Below, piece by piece: positions 38,641-50,500 of a DNA stretch of 64,000 bases. Both the position numbers and the translations under genes were made by a program. The DNA comes from Takakia lepidozioides (lineage: Eukaryota; Plantae; Bryophyta). Location of the stretch: assembly GCA_030704615.1 (NCBI GenBank), contig CM060733.1, positions 39,928,001 to 39,992,000 of the forward strand, written 5' to 3'. Positions within the stretch are counted from its first letter, which is position 1. Each line of letters starts with the position of its first letter. Under the pieces are notes generated by a model, which did not search any database, was not told where the DNA came from, and saw only the letters and a program-made list of their open reading frames with translations.

Positions 38641-39457
38641 TGTCAAAATCACTCAAAAACCACCATAGATCCACCATCGAGCTAACTTGTAGGATTCAAC
38701 ATGAAAATTTAGGGACAACTCTGATAACAGGGAAAAACAGGCTGAAATGTGTTGAAGAAGGTGCCTTCATTAGCAGTGCCTTGTTCTATCTCTAGTTGAC
38801 CATCTACCCACGCAGATTTCTTGTAGCTATGGATCCACAGGGGAAAAGAAGTAATCTTATGTTTGAAATCCGACCTTCTTGGATGAATCTGGACCTCTAT
38901 CCATGGTCCTTCAACTACCCTTGCCTGTGGACAATTCATAATACATCCTCAGCCTTGCTGCTAGCAGCTGACACCGATGGCATGAAGTTCTTCTAGCAAA
39001 CACCCCAACCCTATTTATTGCAGTAGTTCCAATTTTGAATTGCATCTGCTTCTCTCTGTAGTCCAATAGTCAATCAATTTTTTGTCTTCATTGTCCCACC
39101 ATTGACTAAGGTCGGAAAGTGTTCATTCCAAAGCTTCTCCTCATCTCTGTTATCTGTGTTTTTGGATACTTTCCTACTGCCACATCGGCAGTAACTTGTC
39201 AAAGTCACTCCAAACCACCACAGATTCATCCAAAAAACTAACTTACGGAATTCAACATGTAAATTCAGGGCCGAGTTTGATGAGAGGGAAAAACAGGCTG
39301 AAATAGGTCGAAGAAAAAAGTGCCCTCACCACATTGTTCTTGACCCTGTGTCATGACCCATGGAGGATTTGACAGACCATCAACCAAAATGACCTCTTTT
39401 GTGTGCTGCTTGTGTCTGTAGTCAACTAATGTTGGATTGGTCTGTGAGAACCACCAT
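38640..39457 (-). pseudogene. Decayed N-terminal PDF-motif region of PPR copy 1
   Basis: PRRSDFKHKITSFPLWIHSYKKSAWVDGQL (~38790-38885), DEEKLWNEHF/DLSQWWDNEDKK (~39075-39145), DYRHKQ...NPPWVMTQ (~39345-39425). Candidate start cgccATGG at 39457. DNA is homologous to the 23.8-26.6 kb array. Confidence 0.75.
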
Positions 39458-40519
39458 GGCGTGCTAAGACCAAGCCGACTCTCCCAAGAACCTTGTAAAC
39501 AAAAGGAAAAATATCAAATGATGGTACTAAGGTCCCTTCCAGACCACCGACCGGACAAAACACTCAAAAACAACGTTTGTCCACTGTTTCGGCCGTTTCA
39601 CAGATGCCATGTCATCAAAAATTGCGGGAAGTTACGGAACCCAGCGGACGAGCTTCATAGCGTTTTCACACCAAGTAGTGGACAAAAAGGGTCCACTGGA
39701 CAACTTGATATCGCGCTCAGATAGCTCACGATGCTTTGGCAAAGGTACAAGGTGCAGAGAAAGAAGAGACCCGCCGATAGCCTTCGTTAGGTTTTGTCCA
39801 GTGGACAAGATTCTAGGCCTACTATTACCTGGCCCCAAATTTGCTTTGGTGGCTCAATTGGAGCGATGACTCAGCACATTGGAAAGACTCCTCTTCACTG
39901 GAAAGCATGTAGCGCACAAAATCCGGTTTTTAACCAATCAAAGTGCAAGTTCGTTTTGTCAGGTCGCTAGTCTGGAACCGCCCTAACAGGAGCCAAACGG
40001 CCCTAGCAGCCAAGAGCCCACAAATGCAGGAGCCAAGCATTAGATGGGGCCCTAGAGTTGAATGTGAGGGAGCCGGTTCAGCCAGCGTGGACCCCCCGCC
40101 ACCCCCTGCCCACCCCCACCTCCATCGCCCGCACACCGCGCGGCAGCTGCCGCGCGGCACGCCCTCCCGTGCCTCATATGCCCGCTGGGGGACATGACGC
40201 ATGCCCTGGCCATGCCCTCTCCCGCCTCCCATCCTGCCCTCATGCCTGCCATCGTCTTGCATCCAACATAGTACATGCTATCCCAAGCATACATCATGCA
40301 TTCATGAAATTATGCATAATTCAAAAATTATTCTGACAGGTATTCAAATTTCAAATGGCAAATCTGAGCAAAGGACTTGACGTTCAGATGTATGCCACGT
40401 CGTCACATACATGGCCACCCCAATTGAGGGTTTTTCTACCCTCATCGTGCATTTCCTCGTACAACAGTTCTCTCCATGCTTTCCAACCGCGTCCCTACGC
40501 AACGAGGGCATTCACATTC

Positions 40520-42484
40520 CATGGAACGCGATGGAATGGTGTCATGGAACGCGATGATCGCAAAATATGCACAGCACGGTCTGGGATGGAGGCTTTGGAG
40601 ACCTATGAGCAAATGATGCGCGGGGGGGGTGAGGCCCAACCATATCACGTTTGTTTGCATTTGCAATGCGTGTGCGAGCCTTGCAGCCTTGGAAAAGGGC
40701 AAAGAGGTCCACGGTGATATCGTCAAAGCTGGAATAGTACCAGACGTCATTCTGAACACTGCCCTGGTGGACATGTATGCCAAATGATGCAAAGGGAGTG
40801 TTCGATAACATGGTTGAACGAAATATGGTGTCATGGAACGCAATGATCGTAGAATATGCACAACACGGGTGTGGAATGGAGGCTTTGGAGACCTATGAGC
40901 AAATGATGCGCGGGGGGTGAGTCCCAACCATATCACGTTTGTTTGCATTTGCAATGCGTGTGCAAGCCTTGTAGCCTTGGAAAAGGGCAAAGAGGTCCAT
41001 GGTGATATTGTCAAAGCTGGAATAGTACCAGACGTCATTCTGAACACTGCCCTGGTGGACATGTATGCCAAATGTGGGAGCATTGAAGATGCATTGAGCA
41101 GATGATGTGGGAAAGGGTGAAGCCCGACCACATCACGTTTGTTTGTGTTTGCAAGGTATGTGCAAACTTGGCAGCTCTCGAAAAGGGTAAAGAGGTCCAT
41201 GGTGACATCGTCAAAGCTGGAAGTGTACCAGATGTTATTCTGCACAGTACCCTTGTGGACATGTATGCCAAATGTGGGAGCATTGAAGATTCAAATGGAG
41301 TGTTTGACACTACAGCTGAACGTGATGTGGTGTCGTGGAATGCAATGATTGCAGGATATGCACAGCAGGGCGCGGGACTGAGGCTTTGCATACATAAGAG
41401 CAAATGATGCAGGAAGAGGTGAAGCCCAACCACATCACGTTTTTTTGTGTTTGCAATGCATATGCAAGGGTGGCAGCCTTGGAAAAGGGCAAAGAGGTCC
41501 ATGGTGACATCGTCAGAGCTGGTATTGTACCAAATGTCACTCTAAACAATGCCCTCGTGGACATGTATGCCAAATGTGGGAGCATGGAGAATGCAAAGGG
41601 AGTGTTCAACAATATGGCCGATCGAGATGTAGCGTCCTAGAATGCTATGATTGCAGGATCTGAAGGAATGCAAACGGAAAGCTTGAAGCTCGACAGTTTC
41701 ACCTTTATATGTCTTTTCTTTGCATGCAGCCACATTGGCCTACTGGATGAAGGAAGATGCAACTTTGATTCCCTGAGTCAACATCATGATGTCTCTCCGA
41801 CAGTAAAGCACTCTGGCTGCATGGAGGACCTTCTTGGACATATGGGGCAATTGGATGAGGCAGAGGAGCTTTTAACAAAATGCCAATGAAACCAATTGCT
41901 ATGGTCTGGAGGGCCTTGCTTGGTGCCTGCAGAATCCATGGCAATGTGGAGATGGTTGAACGTGCAACAACATCTATTCTCAAGTGGGATGAATAGGATG
42001 CTGCGACTTATGTGTTGCTATCAAACATCTATGTTGCAGGTGGCAGGTGGGACGATAGTGCAAAGGTACGAAAAATGATGAAGGTCAGAGGGGCTAGAAA
42101 GGAGCTAGGTCACTGCTGCCTTTGTTGTAGATGACAAATTGCACCCCAAAATTAAGGAAATCCATGCTGAGCTGAGAAGATTGTCTGGACAGATGAAGAA
42201 GGCCGGGTATGTGCCTGACACGCTTTGTATTACATGATGTGGGGGAGGAGCAAAATGAATTTTCTCTTTGCCACCACAGTGAGAAGCTGGCCATTGGTTT
42301 TGGGCTGATCAGCACGGCCCCTAGGAGTACACTCCGGCTCATCAAGAATCTTCGGGTGTGTGGTGACTGCGACACCTCCACCAAGTTCATTTCAAAGATT
42401 GATGGCCGCGCAATTGTTGTACGGCATGCTAACCGCTTTCACCACTTTGAAGATGGGGTTTGTTCTTGCCGGGATTACTGGTGA
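40520..42484 (+). pseudogene. PLS-E-DYW PPR copy 2 (5'-truncated MULE cargo)
   Basis: Broken P-L-S repeats with stops and deletions, E domains, [10 protein letters not shown]...CGDC...CSCRDYW. The last 146 bp are tandemly duplicated (second CSCGDYW* ends at 42630). Confidence 0.92.
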
Positions 42485-43955
42485 AACAGTTTTTTCTGGA
42501 AAATTGTGGTGACTGCCACACCTCCACCAAGTTCATCTCAAAGATTGTTGGCAGCGCAATTGTTGTACAGGATGCTAACCGCTTTCACCACTTTGAAGAT
42601 GGGGTTTGTTCTTGCGGGGATTACTGGTGAAACAATTTTTTTTGGGAAGATGCAAGTGTCTTGCTTCATTCATTGATCTGTGTAGCTACTCAGTTCATCC
42701 ACCATTTCTGGAGAAGATTGACCATGATGTACTGTTGAGGGCATTTTCCTGCTGCATATCCACAGGAAATGGTAGTGGGGTAGGTGAAGTCAGCCCATAC
42801 TTGCACTTGACTGGAGCAGGTAATGAGTAAAGGGGGGATTTCGACTGACTCTGGTGATAGTGGAAGGACATTAGAGTGTTGTGCTAGTTCTGGTGTGGGT
42901 GGTGGACCTTCTCCAAAGCTTGGAATTGGATCTTGGTGAATTAAGGCTAGCTTTCGATGCAAGCTAATCAAGAGCTCTATCTGACGCAGCGCCGTGATAC
43001 AAACATGTCCAAATTTAAGATGTTGAACAAACTTGTGCATAAGGCTGTCCTTCTAATCAAGCTCATTACGAATTGTATTCACTTTCATCTGGCCTGAAAC
43101 TTCACGTAGTGTTTGTAAAGTACTTGAGATGCTGATCTCAAACAAGCGCCAAGATCTCCTAAATATCCAATACCACGTCACGAAAAGCAAACCTCTTTTT
43201 CTCAATCTCTTGCTTCCAGTAACTGTCCAATATCTCAAATTTGGACCCAAAAACTTATGGGTGAATCTCTTGATCCATCATGATGGTTCAATTAATATTA
43301 ATACAATTACACCAAAATAATGGATATGACTAATGAGAGGGTGATGTCGACCGCTCCTCCTTTGGCTGTGACGGCATTGTCACAACAAGACTCCACTTTG
43401 TCTTGTGATGTGGTGTGACACTCAACTCTTGTGCTAAGGGTGGGATGTGTTACACCCAAGATCACCCTGGCTATGCACAGGCAAGGCACAACTACCCAAC
43501 CACGCATGACTACAGATCATATAACAAATATCTTTCCCAGGTAGAGTGAAGATCATTCCCACAAAGGAGACTCTGTCTGGCTTCCTGTTGGTAAGGAAAA
43601 TGTTTGCAGTATCTTTCTTTTTCTTGTATGAGATACAATTATGCGATCCAATGAGAGCCACGTGTCATATTTGTGGTCAAATTGGGAGCTCTAGTAGCAA
43701 TGTAGGCATACACATTCTGTTTGCTAGCATGATCTGATGCCTGTAATCAGATTGTTTTTTATCATGTGGGTGCAAAGCGCAATCTTGGGCACCTCCTGGT
43801 TGGTAGACTCCACAATCAGCTCTTGTTGCGTTGTTATGCCGAGGGGAGGAAATGCCTTTAAAAGTATGTCATAGTCGACATTCCCAGGGCAATGGCGAAT
43901 GAACCAAGCAGCTGGATGCTTTTAATGAATGAAGCAAGCCACTCACAACATCAAT

Positions 43956-45888
43956 TCACTAGAATAAACCCATCCTCAAAGTGGTGAAAGCGGCTGGTAT
44001 CCTGTTCAACAATTGCTCGCCGAACAATCTTTGAGATGAACTTGGTGGCTGTGGCAGTCACCACACATTCAAAGGTTCTTGATGAATCAAAGAGGTGTCC
44101 CTGGTGCCGTACTCATCCGCCCAAAAGTAATGGCCACCTTGCTGTGGTGGCAAAGAGAAATTTCTTTTGCTCCTACATATCATGCAATACAAACGTGCGT
44201 CAGGCACATACCCGGCCTCCTTCATGTGCCCAGACAATCTTCTCAGCTCAACATGCATTTCCTAATTTGTGGATACAATTGTTATCTACCACCAAATATG
44301 TGGACCCGTTTACCAAAGTCAATGGAGCAGCGACCTAGCTGCTTTTTGATACCTCTGAATTGCATCATTTTCCTCACCTTTGTAGTATCGTCCCACCTAC
44401 CAGTTGCAGCATATATAAGTGATAGCAATTCATAAGTTATGGTGTCCTTGTTGATCCCGCTTGAGAATAGATTTTGCCACAGATTGTGCCACCTCCACAT
44501 TCCCATAAATTCTGTATGCACCAAGCAAGGTCTTCCACACCGCAGCATCTGGTTGGACAGGCATTTTGTTGATGAGTCCTCAGCCTCATCCAATTGCCCT
44601 GCACGACCAAGGAGGTCCACCATGCAGCCAAAATGTTCCATTGTAGGAGTCAGGCCATGATCTCGATGCAGGGAATCAAAGTAGTGTCTACCTTCATCCA
44701 CTAGACCCCATGACTACATGCTTGGAGAACACATATAAAAGTGATACTGCAGTTCGGCGTCAAGCCTGTCTTCCTTATGACAACCATGCTGGGCATATCC
44801 TGCAATCATGGCATTCCATGATACCACATTTCGTCCAGCCATACTGTTGAACACTTCCTTTGCATCGTCAATGCTCCCACATATGGCATAAATGTCCACA
44901 AGGGAATTGTTAAGAATGACATCTGGTACAATTCCAGATTTCATGATGTCAGCATGGACCTCTCTGCCTTTTTCCAGGGCTATCAGGCACGCACATGCAT
45001 TGCAAACGCAAATGAAGGTGGCCTGATCTGGCTTCACCTCTTCGCCCATCATTTGCTCATAGGTCTCCAAACCCTCCATTCCGCATCCATGCTAGGCATA
45101 TCCTCCTATCATTGTGTTCCATGACACCACATTTCGTTCAGCCATTTTGGCGAACACTCCCTTTGCATCCTCAATGCTCCCACATTTGGCGTACATGTCC
45201 ACGAGGGTGTTGTTCAGAATGACATCTGGTACAATTTCAGCTGTCACAATGTCAGCATGGACCTCTCTGCCTTTTTTTAGGGCTGCCCTCCCTGCACACG
45301 CATTGCAAACGCAAAGGAAAGTGACCCGGTTTGGCTTCACCCCTACCCGGATCATTTGCTCATAGGTCTCCAAAGCATCCATTCCGCATCCATGTTGGGC
45401 ATATCCTGTGATCATAGCATTCCATGACACCACATTTCGTTCTGCCATATTGTCAAACAGCCCATTTGCATCCTTGAGGCTCCCACATTTGGCATAAATG
45501 TCTACAAGGGTGTTGTTCAGAATGACATCTGGTACAATTCCAGCTTTTATGATGTCAGCATGAACCTCTCTGCCATTTTCCAGGGCTGCTAGGCCTGCAT
45601 AGGCATTGCAAATGCAAATGAACGTGACCTGGTCTGGCTTCACCGTACCCCTTCCTGGATCATTTTCTCGTAGGTCCTCAAAGCCTCCATCCCACACCCA
45701 TGCTGGGAATATCCTCCAATCATAGCACTCCAGGAAACCACATATTGTTCAGCCATACTGTTGAACACTCCCTTTGCATCCTTAATGCTCCCGCATTTGG
45801 CATACATGTCCACCAAGGTGTTGTTCAGAATGACATCTGGGTCAATTCCAGCTTTCATGATGTCAGAATGGACCTCTTTGACCTTTCC
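43956..45888 (-). pseudogene. PLS-E-DYW PPR copy 3 (5'-truncated MULE cargo)
   Basis: ORFs 45640-45858, 45092-45697, 44714-45079 and 44282-44701, then a frameshifted DYW domain lacking the terminal CSCxDYW codons. Confidence 0.92.
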
Positions 45889-46353
45889 TCATCTGATGAC
45901 AACTCCTGAAATACTTGACTCTGCGACCTCCGTCCTTACTGATTTCCGATGAAGATCACCCAAATTTTCTTGGGACACCGAGGCATGGGAGGCCTGGCCC
46001 TTTGTCCTATTTGTGGTTTTGCGAGGTAGCATATGTCCATGGCGCCTGAGGACATCCTCCATAATAGCCTTCTGGCTTGGTGTGAGGGGCCCTTCACCTT
46101 CCCCATGCTTCATACAACCATCCACCCTATGCAAGTTCAATTTTTTTTTATCGGCAAAAAGCAGATCACATTGTATGCATCTGTATTGTCGTCTGTTAGA
46201 CGCACCAGGTTCATCGACCCGTGCCATCATGTAGGCCTCGCATATGAGGGACTCGTATTCATCACTTTCATAAGTCTCGCGATATTCCCTCCAGTTCTCT
46301 ATCATTTTGCTCTCCTTCATCGTGAGTGTTGCGTCTGCCAACAATTGCAGCAT
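45889..46353 (-). pseudogene. Remnant of MULE accessory gene with C2H2-like zinc finger
   Basis: YRCIQCDLLFADKKKLNLHRVDGCMKHG; aligns with the 15305-15550 peptide of MULE-1. Confidence 0.7.
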
Positions 46354-47527
46354 CGTGCAAACCTACACAGACAATGCCAAGCATAAATCCACATGCCACT
46401 CACTTACTTGAACCCTCAAATTGCCCGCATGGCCATTGAACCCCCCAATACCTCCATGGTGTGCATGTCATTTACACTAAACCCTAAACCCCAAAACAAA
46501 ATGGAAGGACTGCAGATAATGACATATCTCAGAATGGAGAGTGTTCATGGCCGCATATGTGCACGTCCCTGGAGCTCGCAAGTGAACTATGGAAACAACA
46601 GTCAATCCAGGTCTGCTCCTTCACATACCAAGCAAATATAACATGCAACCTGCTCAGATGATTGGTTTCGGATGCTCGATGCAGAACTCACTCACGTGCT
46701 AAATCCTGGAAGAAGAGCACAATCACAATCCGGAGAACACAGAAGAGAAATATCAAGGGATAATAAGGACCTGCACGCAATTGGAGATGAAGCGGTGCAA
46801 CCATTGAAGACAGCCAAAACATCCTGCTTCGTAGCCCGATTGTCCATTCGTGTCCACAAACTGAACCTCCATGGCGGGACGCGGTACGCCAACGCCCTCA
46901 AAAATTGATAGCCACATTTCGCGATGGCTGCCAACAACACACCGTCCCGTCTCATTCTACATGCAATGCAATGATATGGATGCAATGGAAGCATGCATGT
47001 ACCATGGGCAGGATGAAGGCATGCAGGGGGGATGGGGATGCGGGAGAGGGCATGGCCAGGGCATGCGTCATGTCCCTGCAGCGGGCACATGAGGTGCGGG
47101 AGGGTGTGCCGCGCAGCAGCTTCCGCGTGGTGCGCGGGCGATGGAGGTGGGGGTGGGCAGGGGGTGGCGGGGGGTCCACGCTGGCTGAACCGGCTCCCTC
47201 GCATTCAACTCCAGAGCCCCATCTAATGCTTGGCAATGCAGGATGGACAAACTTCTTCACATCGCACATTAAGCCACATAGTGCCACGTGGCACTATCGA
47301 CCGAGACAGGAGCAGGCGCCGAGTGGAGTTGGGTGAGAAGGGACCTCATTTCTACAGGGTGAGCTACAATGGAGAGCAACCATTGTTTTACTGCAAGCAG
47401 ATCTGAGCCAGGCAAGGGCTGGACAGCAGCCGCAAATCTTCACACTCGGAGGTTGCAGCGCAGGTTGCAAAATTCTTAGAGGGAGCAGCCATGGCAGCGC
47501 GCTTTAAAATTCACAGAAGGAGAAGCC

Positions 47528-50500
47528 ATGGCAGCGCGTACAATACGAATGGCATACTACACATGTTCCCGTGGCACCCCGGGGTGCCCTCACCGAGACT
47601 ACTCTGCTTGCAAGACTGGCCTTGTTCCGACAGCTTCACGAAAGTGTGGGCTGTACACACTGTACGGGACCCCTGCGCATTTGAACCGCATTGCAATAAG
47701 ATTTTCCACAACTGGTTTCAAGCCGATTGCGGGGCAGTTGCGACCAATAGAGGAGGACCAAGTCCGTGGACAAGGGGGTGAGCAGGGAGACCACAGGCAA
47801 GGCTATCCGGACAGCCAAAATACAGACATGGAAAAGCTTTGGAAGGAATATTTCGCAGACCCCAGCCGTTGGTGGGACAATCGAGGTAAACGGATCCTTT
47901 GCAGAGGACCGGACTTGAAGGACAAGAGTCTCAAGGCGGGACTCTGGATTAATAGCTACAAGAAACCTCTAGGCCTACCGGTAGATGGAATGAAAACTGT
48001 GGGAGCACAATGTGAGGCCGGCACTCCCACCAGCACTTCCACCATCGCTTTTGAAAGATATGGGGATGTGAGGGCACTCTGTAAGACAGGACAACTGAAA
48101 GAGGCATTGCGTCTTTTGCACGATGGAGGTATTGTGGCAAACTCGAAAACTTATCTCTGTCTCTTGCAGGAGTGCATCAAGATGAAATGGCTAACAGAGG
48201 GAAAGCGGGTGCATGCCCATATTATCCAGAGCGGATTCGAGCCTGACGTATTCCTATGCAACACCCTCGTCAACATGCATGCCAAATGCGGGAGAATAGT
48301 GGATGCACGCCTAGTGTTTGACAAAATGCCTGAACGAGGTTTAAGTACCTGGAATATAATGATGGCAGGATATGCCAATCGGGGACATTTCAGGGAGGCC
48401 TTCGAGACCTATGAGCAATTGATGCGGGAAGGGTTGAGACCCAACCAGGCCACATTCATTTGCGTTCTCAAGGCGTGTGCCAATCTGGCAGACCTGGAAA
48501 AGGGCAAAGGTGTTCATGCTGACATCTTGAAAGCTGGAATTGTGTCGAATATCATCTTGGACACTACCCTCGTGGACATGTATGCCAAATGCGGGAGCAT
48601 CAACGATGCAAAGGGGGTGTTTGAGACTATGGCTGAACGAGATGTGGTGTCATGGGGTGCGATGATCGCAGGCTATGCCCAGCAAGGGTGTGGGCTGGAG
48701 GCTTGGGAGACCTATGACCAAATGATGCGGGAGGGGGTGAAACCCAACCAGGTCACCTTTATTTGCGTCTGCAATGCATGTGCGAGCATGGCAGCCTTGG
48801 GAAAGGGCAAAGAGGTCCATGCTGACATACTGAAAGCTGGAATAGTGCCAAACATCATCTTGGACACCACCCTGGTGGACATGTATGCCAAATGCGGGAG
48901 CATCAAGGATGCAAAGGGAGTGTTTGACAGTATGGCTGAACGAGATGTGGTCTCATGGAATGCGATGGTTGCAGGACACGCCCGGCATGGGTGTGGGACA
49001 GAAGCTTTGGAGACCTATGAGCGAATGGTGCGGACAGGGGTGAAGCCAAACCAGGGCACGTTTGTGTCTGTTTGCAATGCCTGTGCCAGCTTGGCAGCTT
49101 TGGAAAAGGGCAGAGAGGTCCAGACTGACATCATGAAAGCTGGAATTGTACCAAATATCATCTTGGGGACTACTCTTGTCTACATGTATGCCAAATGTGG
49201 AAGCATCAATGATGCAAAGGGAGTGTTTGACAGTATGGCTGATCGAGATGTGGTGTCTTGGAATGCAATGATCGCAGGATATGACCAGTGTGGATGTGGT
49301 ATGGAGGCTCTGGAGAGCTATCACAAAATGATGCAGGAGGGGGTGAAACCCAACCAGGTCACCTTTGTTAGTGTTTGCAATGCTTGTGCCGGCCTGGCAG
49401 ACCTGGAGAAGGGCAAAGCTGTCCATGCTGACATTGTGAAAGCTGGAATTGTTGTGAATATCATTTTGGGCACTACCCTGGTGGATATGTATGCCAAATG
49501 TGGGAGTACCAACGAGGCAAAGAAAGTGTTTAATAATATGGTTGAACGAAATGTGGTGTCATGGAATGCTATGATCGCAGGATATGCCCAGCATGGGTGT
49601 GGGATGGAGGCTTTGGAGACATATGAACAAATGATGCGCGAAGGAGTGAAGCCCAACCAGGTCACGTTTGTTTGCATTTGCAATGCTTGTGCCAGCCTTA
49701 CAGCCTTGGACAAGGGCAAACAGGTCCATGCTGATATCATGGAAGCTGGAATTGTACCAGATATCATTCTAGACAATACCCTCGTGGACATGTATGCCAA
49801 ATGTGGGAGCATCGAGGATGCAAAGGGAGTGTTCGACAGTATGGCTGAACGAAATGTGGTGTCGTGGAGTGCGATGATTGCAGGATATGCCCAGCATGGT
49901 TGTCGTAGGGAGGCCCTGCAATTATTTGAGGGAATGCAAAAGGAAGGCTTGAAGCCGAACAGCGTCACCTTTTTATCTGTTCTGTCTGCATGTAGTCATG
50001 GGGGCCTAGTGGATGAGGGCAGACACTTCTTTGATTCTCTGACTCAAAAGCATGGCCTAACTCCTACGGTGGAGCACTTTGGCTGCATAGTGGATCTTCT
50101 TGGCCGTGCAGGCCGGTTGGATGAGGCAGAGAATTTCATTAATAATATGCCAGTCAAACCGGATGCCGTAGTGTGGAAAGCCTTGCTTGGTGCCTGCAGA
50201 ACTCAAGGGAATGTGGAGGTGGCAGAACGAGCGGCGAAGTCGATTCTGACATGGGATCAACAGGATGCTGCAACTTATGTGTTGCTATCAAACATCTATG
50301 CTGCAGCTGGCAGGTGGGACGATACTGCAAAGGTTAGAAGAATGATGAAGGTCAGAGGTGTCAGAAAGGAGCCAGGTCGCTCTTGCATTGAGGTCGGCAA
50401 TAGGGTGCACACATTTGTGGTAGATGACAAATTGCATCCACATATTGCAGAAGTCCATGCTGAGTTGAGAAGTTTGTCTGAGCAAATGAAGGAGGCAGGG

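Larger units (their letters stand above)
40032..47234. mobile_element. Pack-MULE-like element (MULE-2) carrying two PPR-DYW fragments
   Basis: ~210-bp TIRs starting GCCAAGCATTAGATGGGGC (40032-~40240 vs ~47025-47234). Perfect 9-bp TSD AATGCAGGA at 40023-40031 and 47235-47243. Confidence 0.93.

Noticed and set aside
49321-49968. Antisense ORFs over the PPR genes (e.g. MLPHLAYMSTR repeats; also 40442-41245)
   Set aside because: Shadow frames of the PPR repeats.
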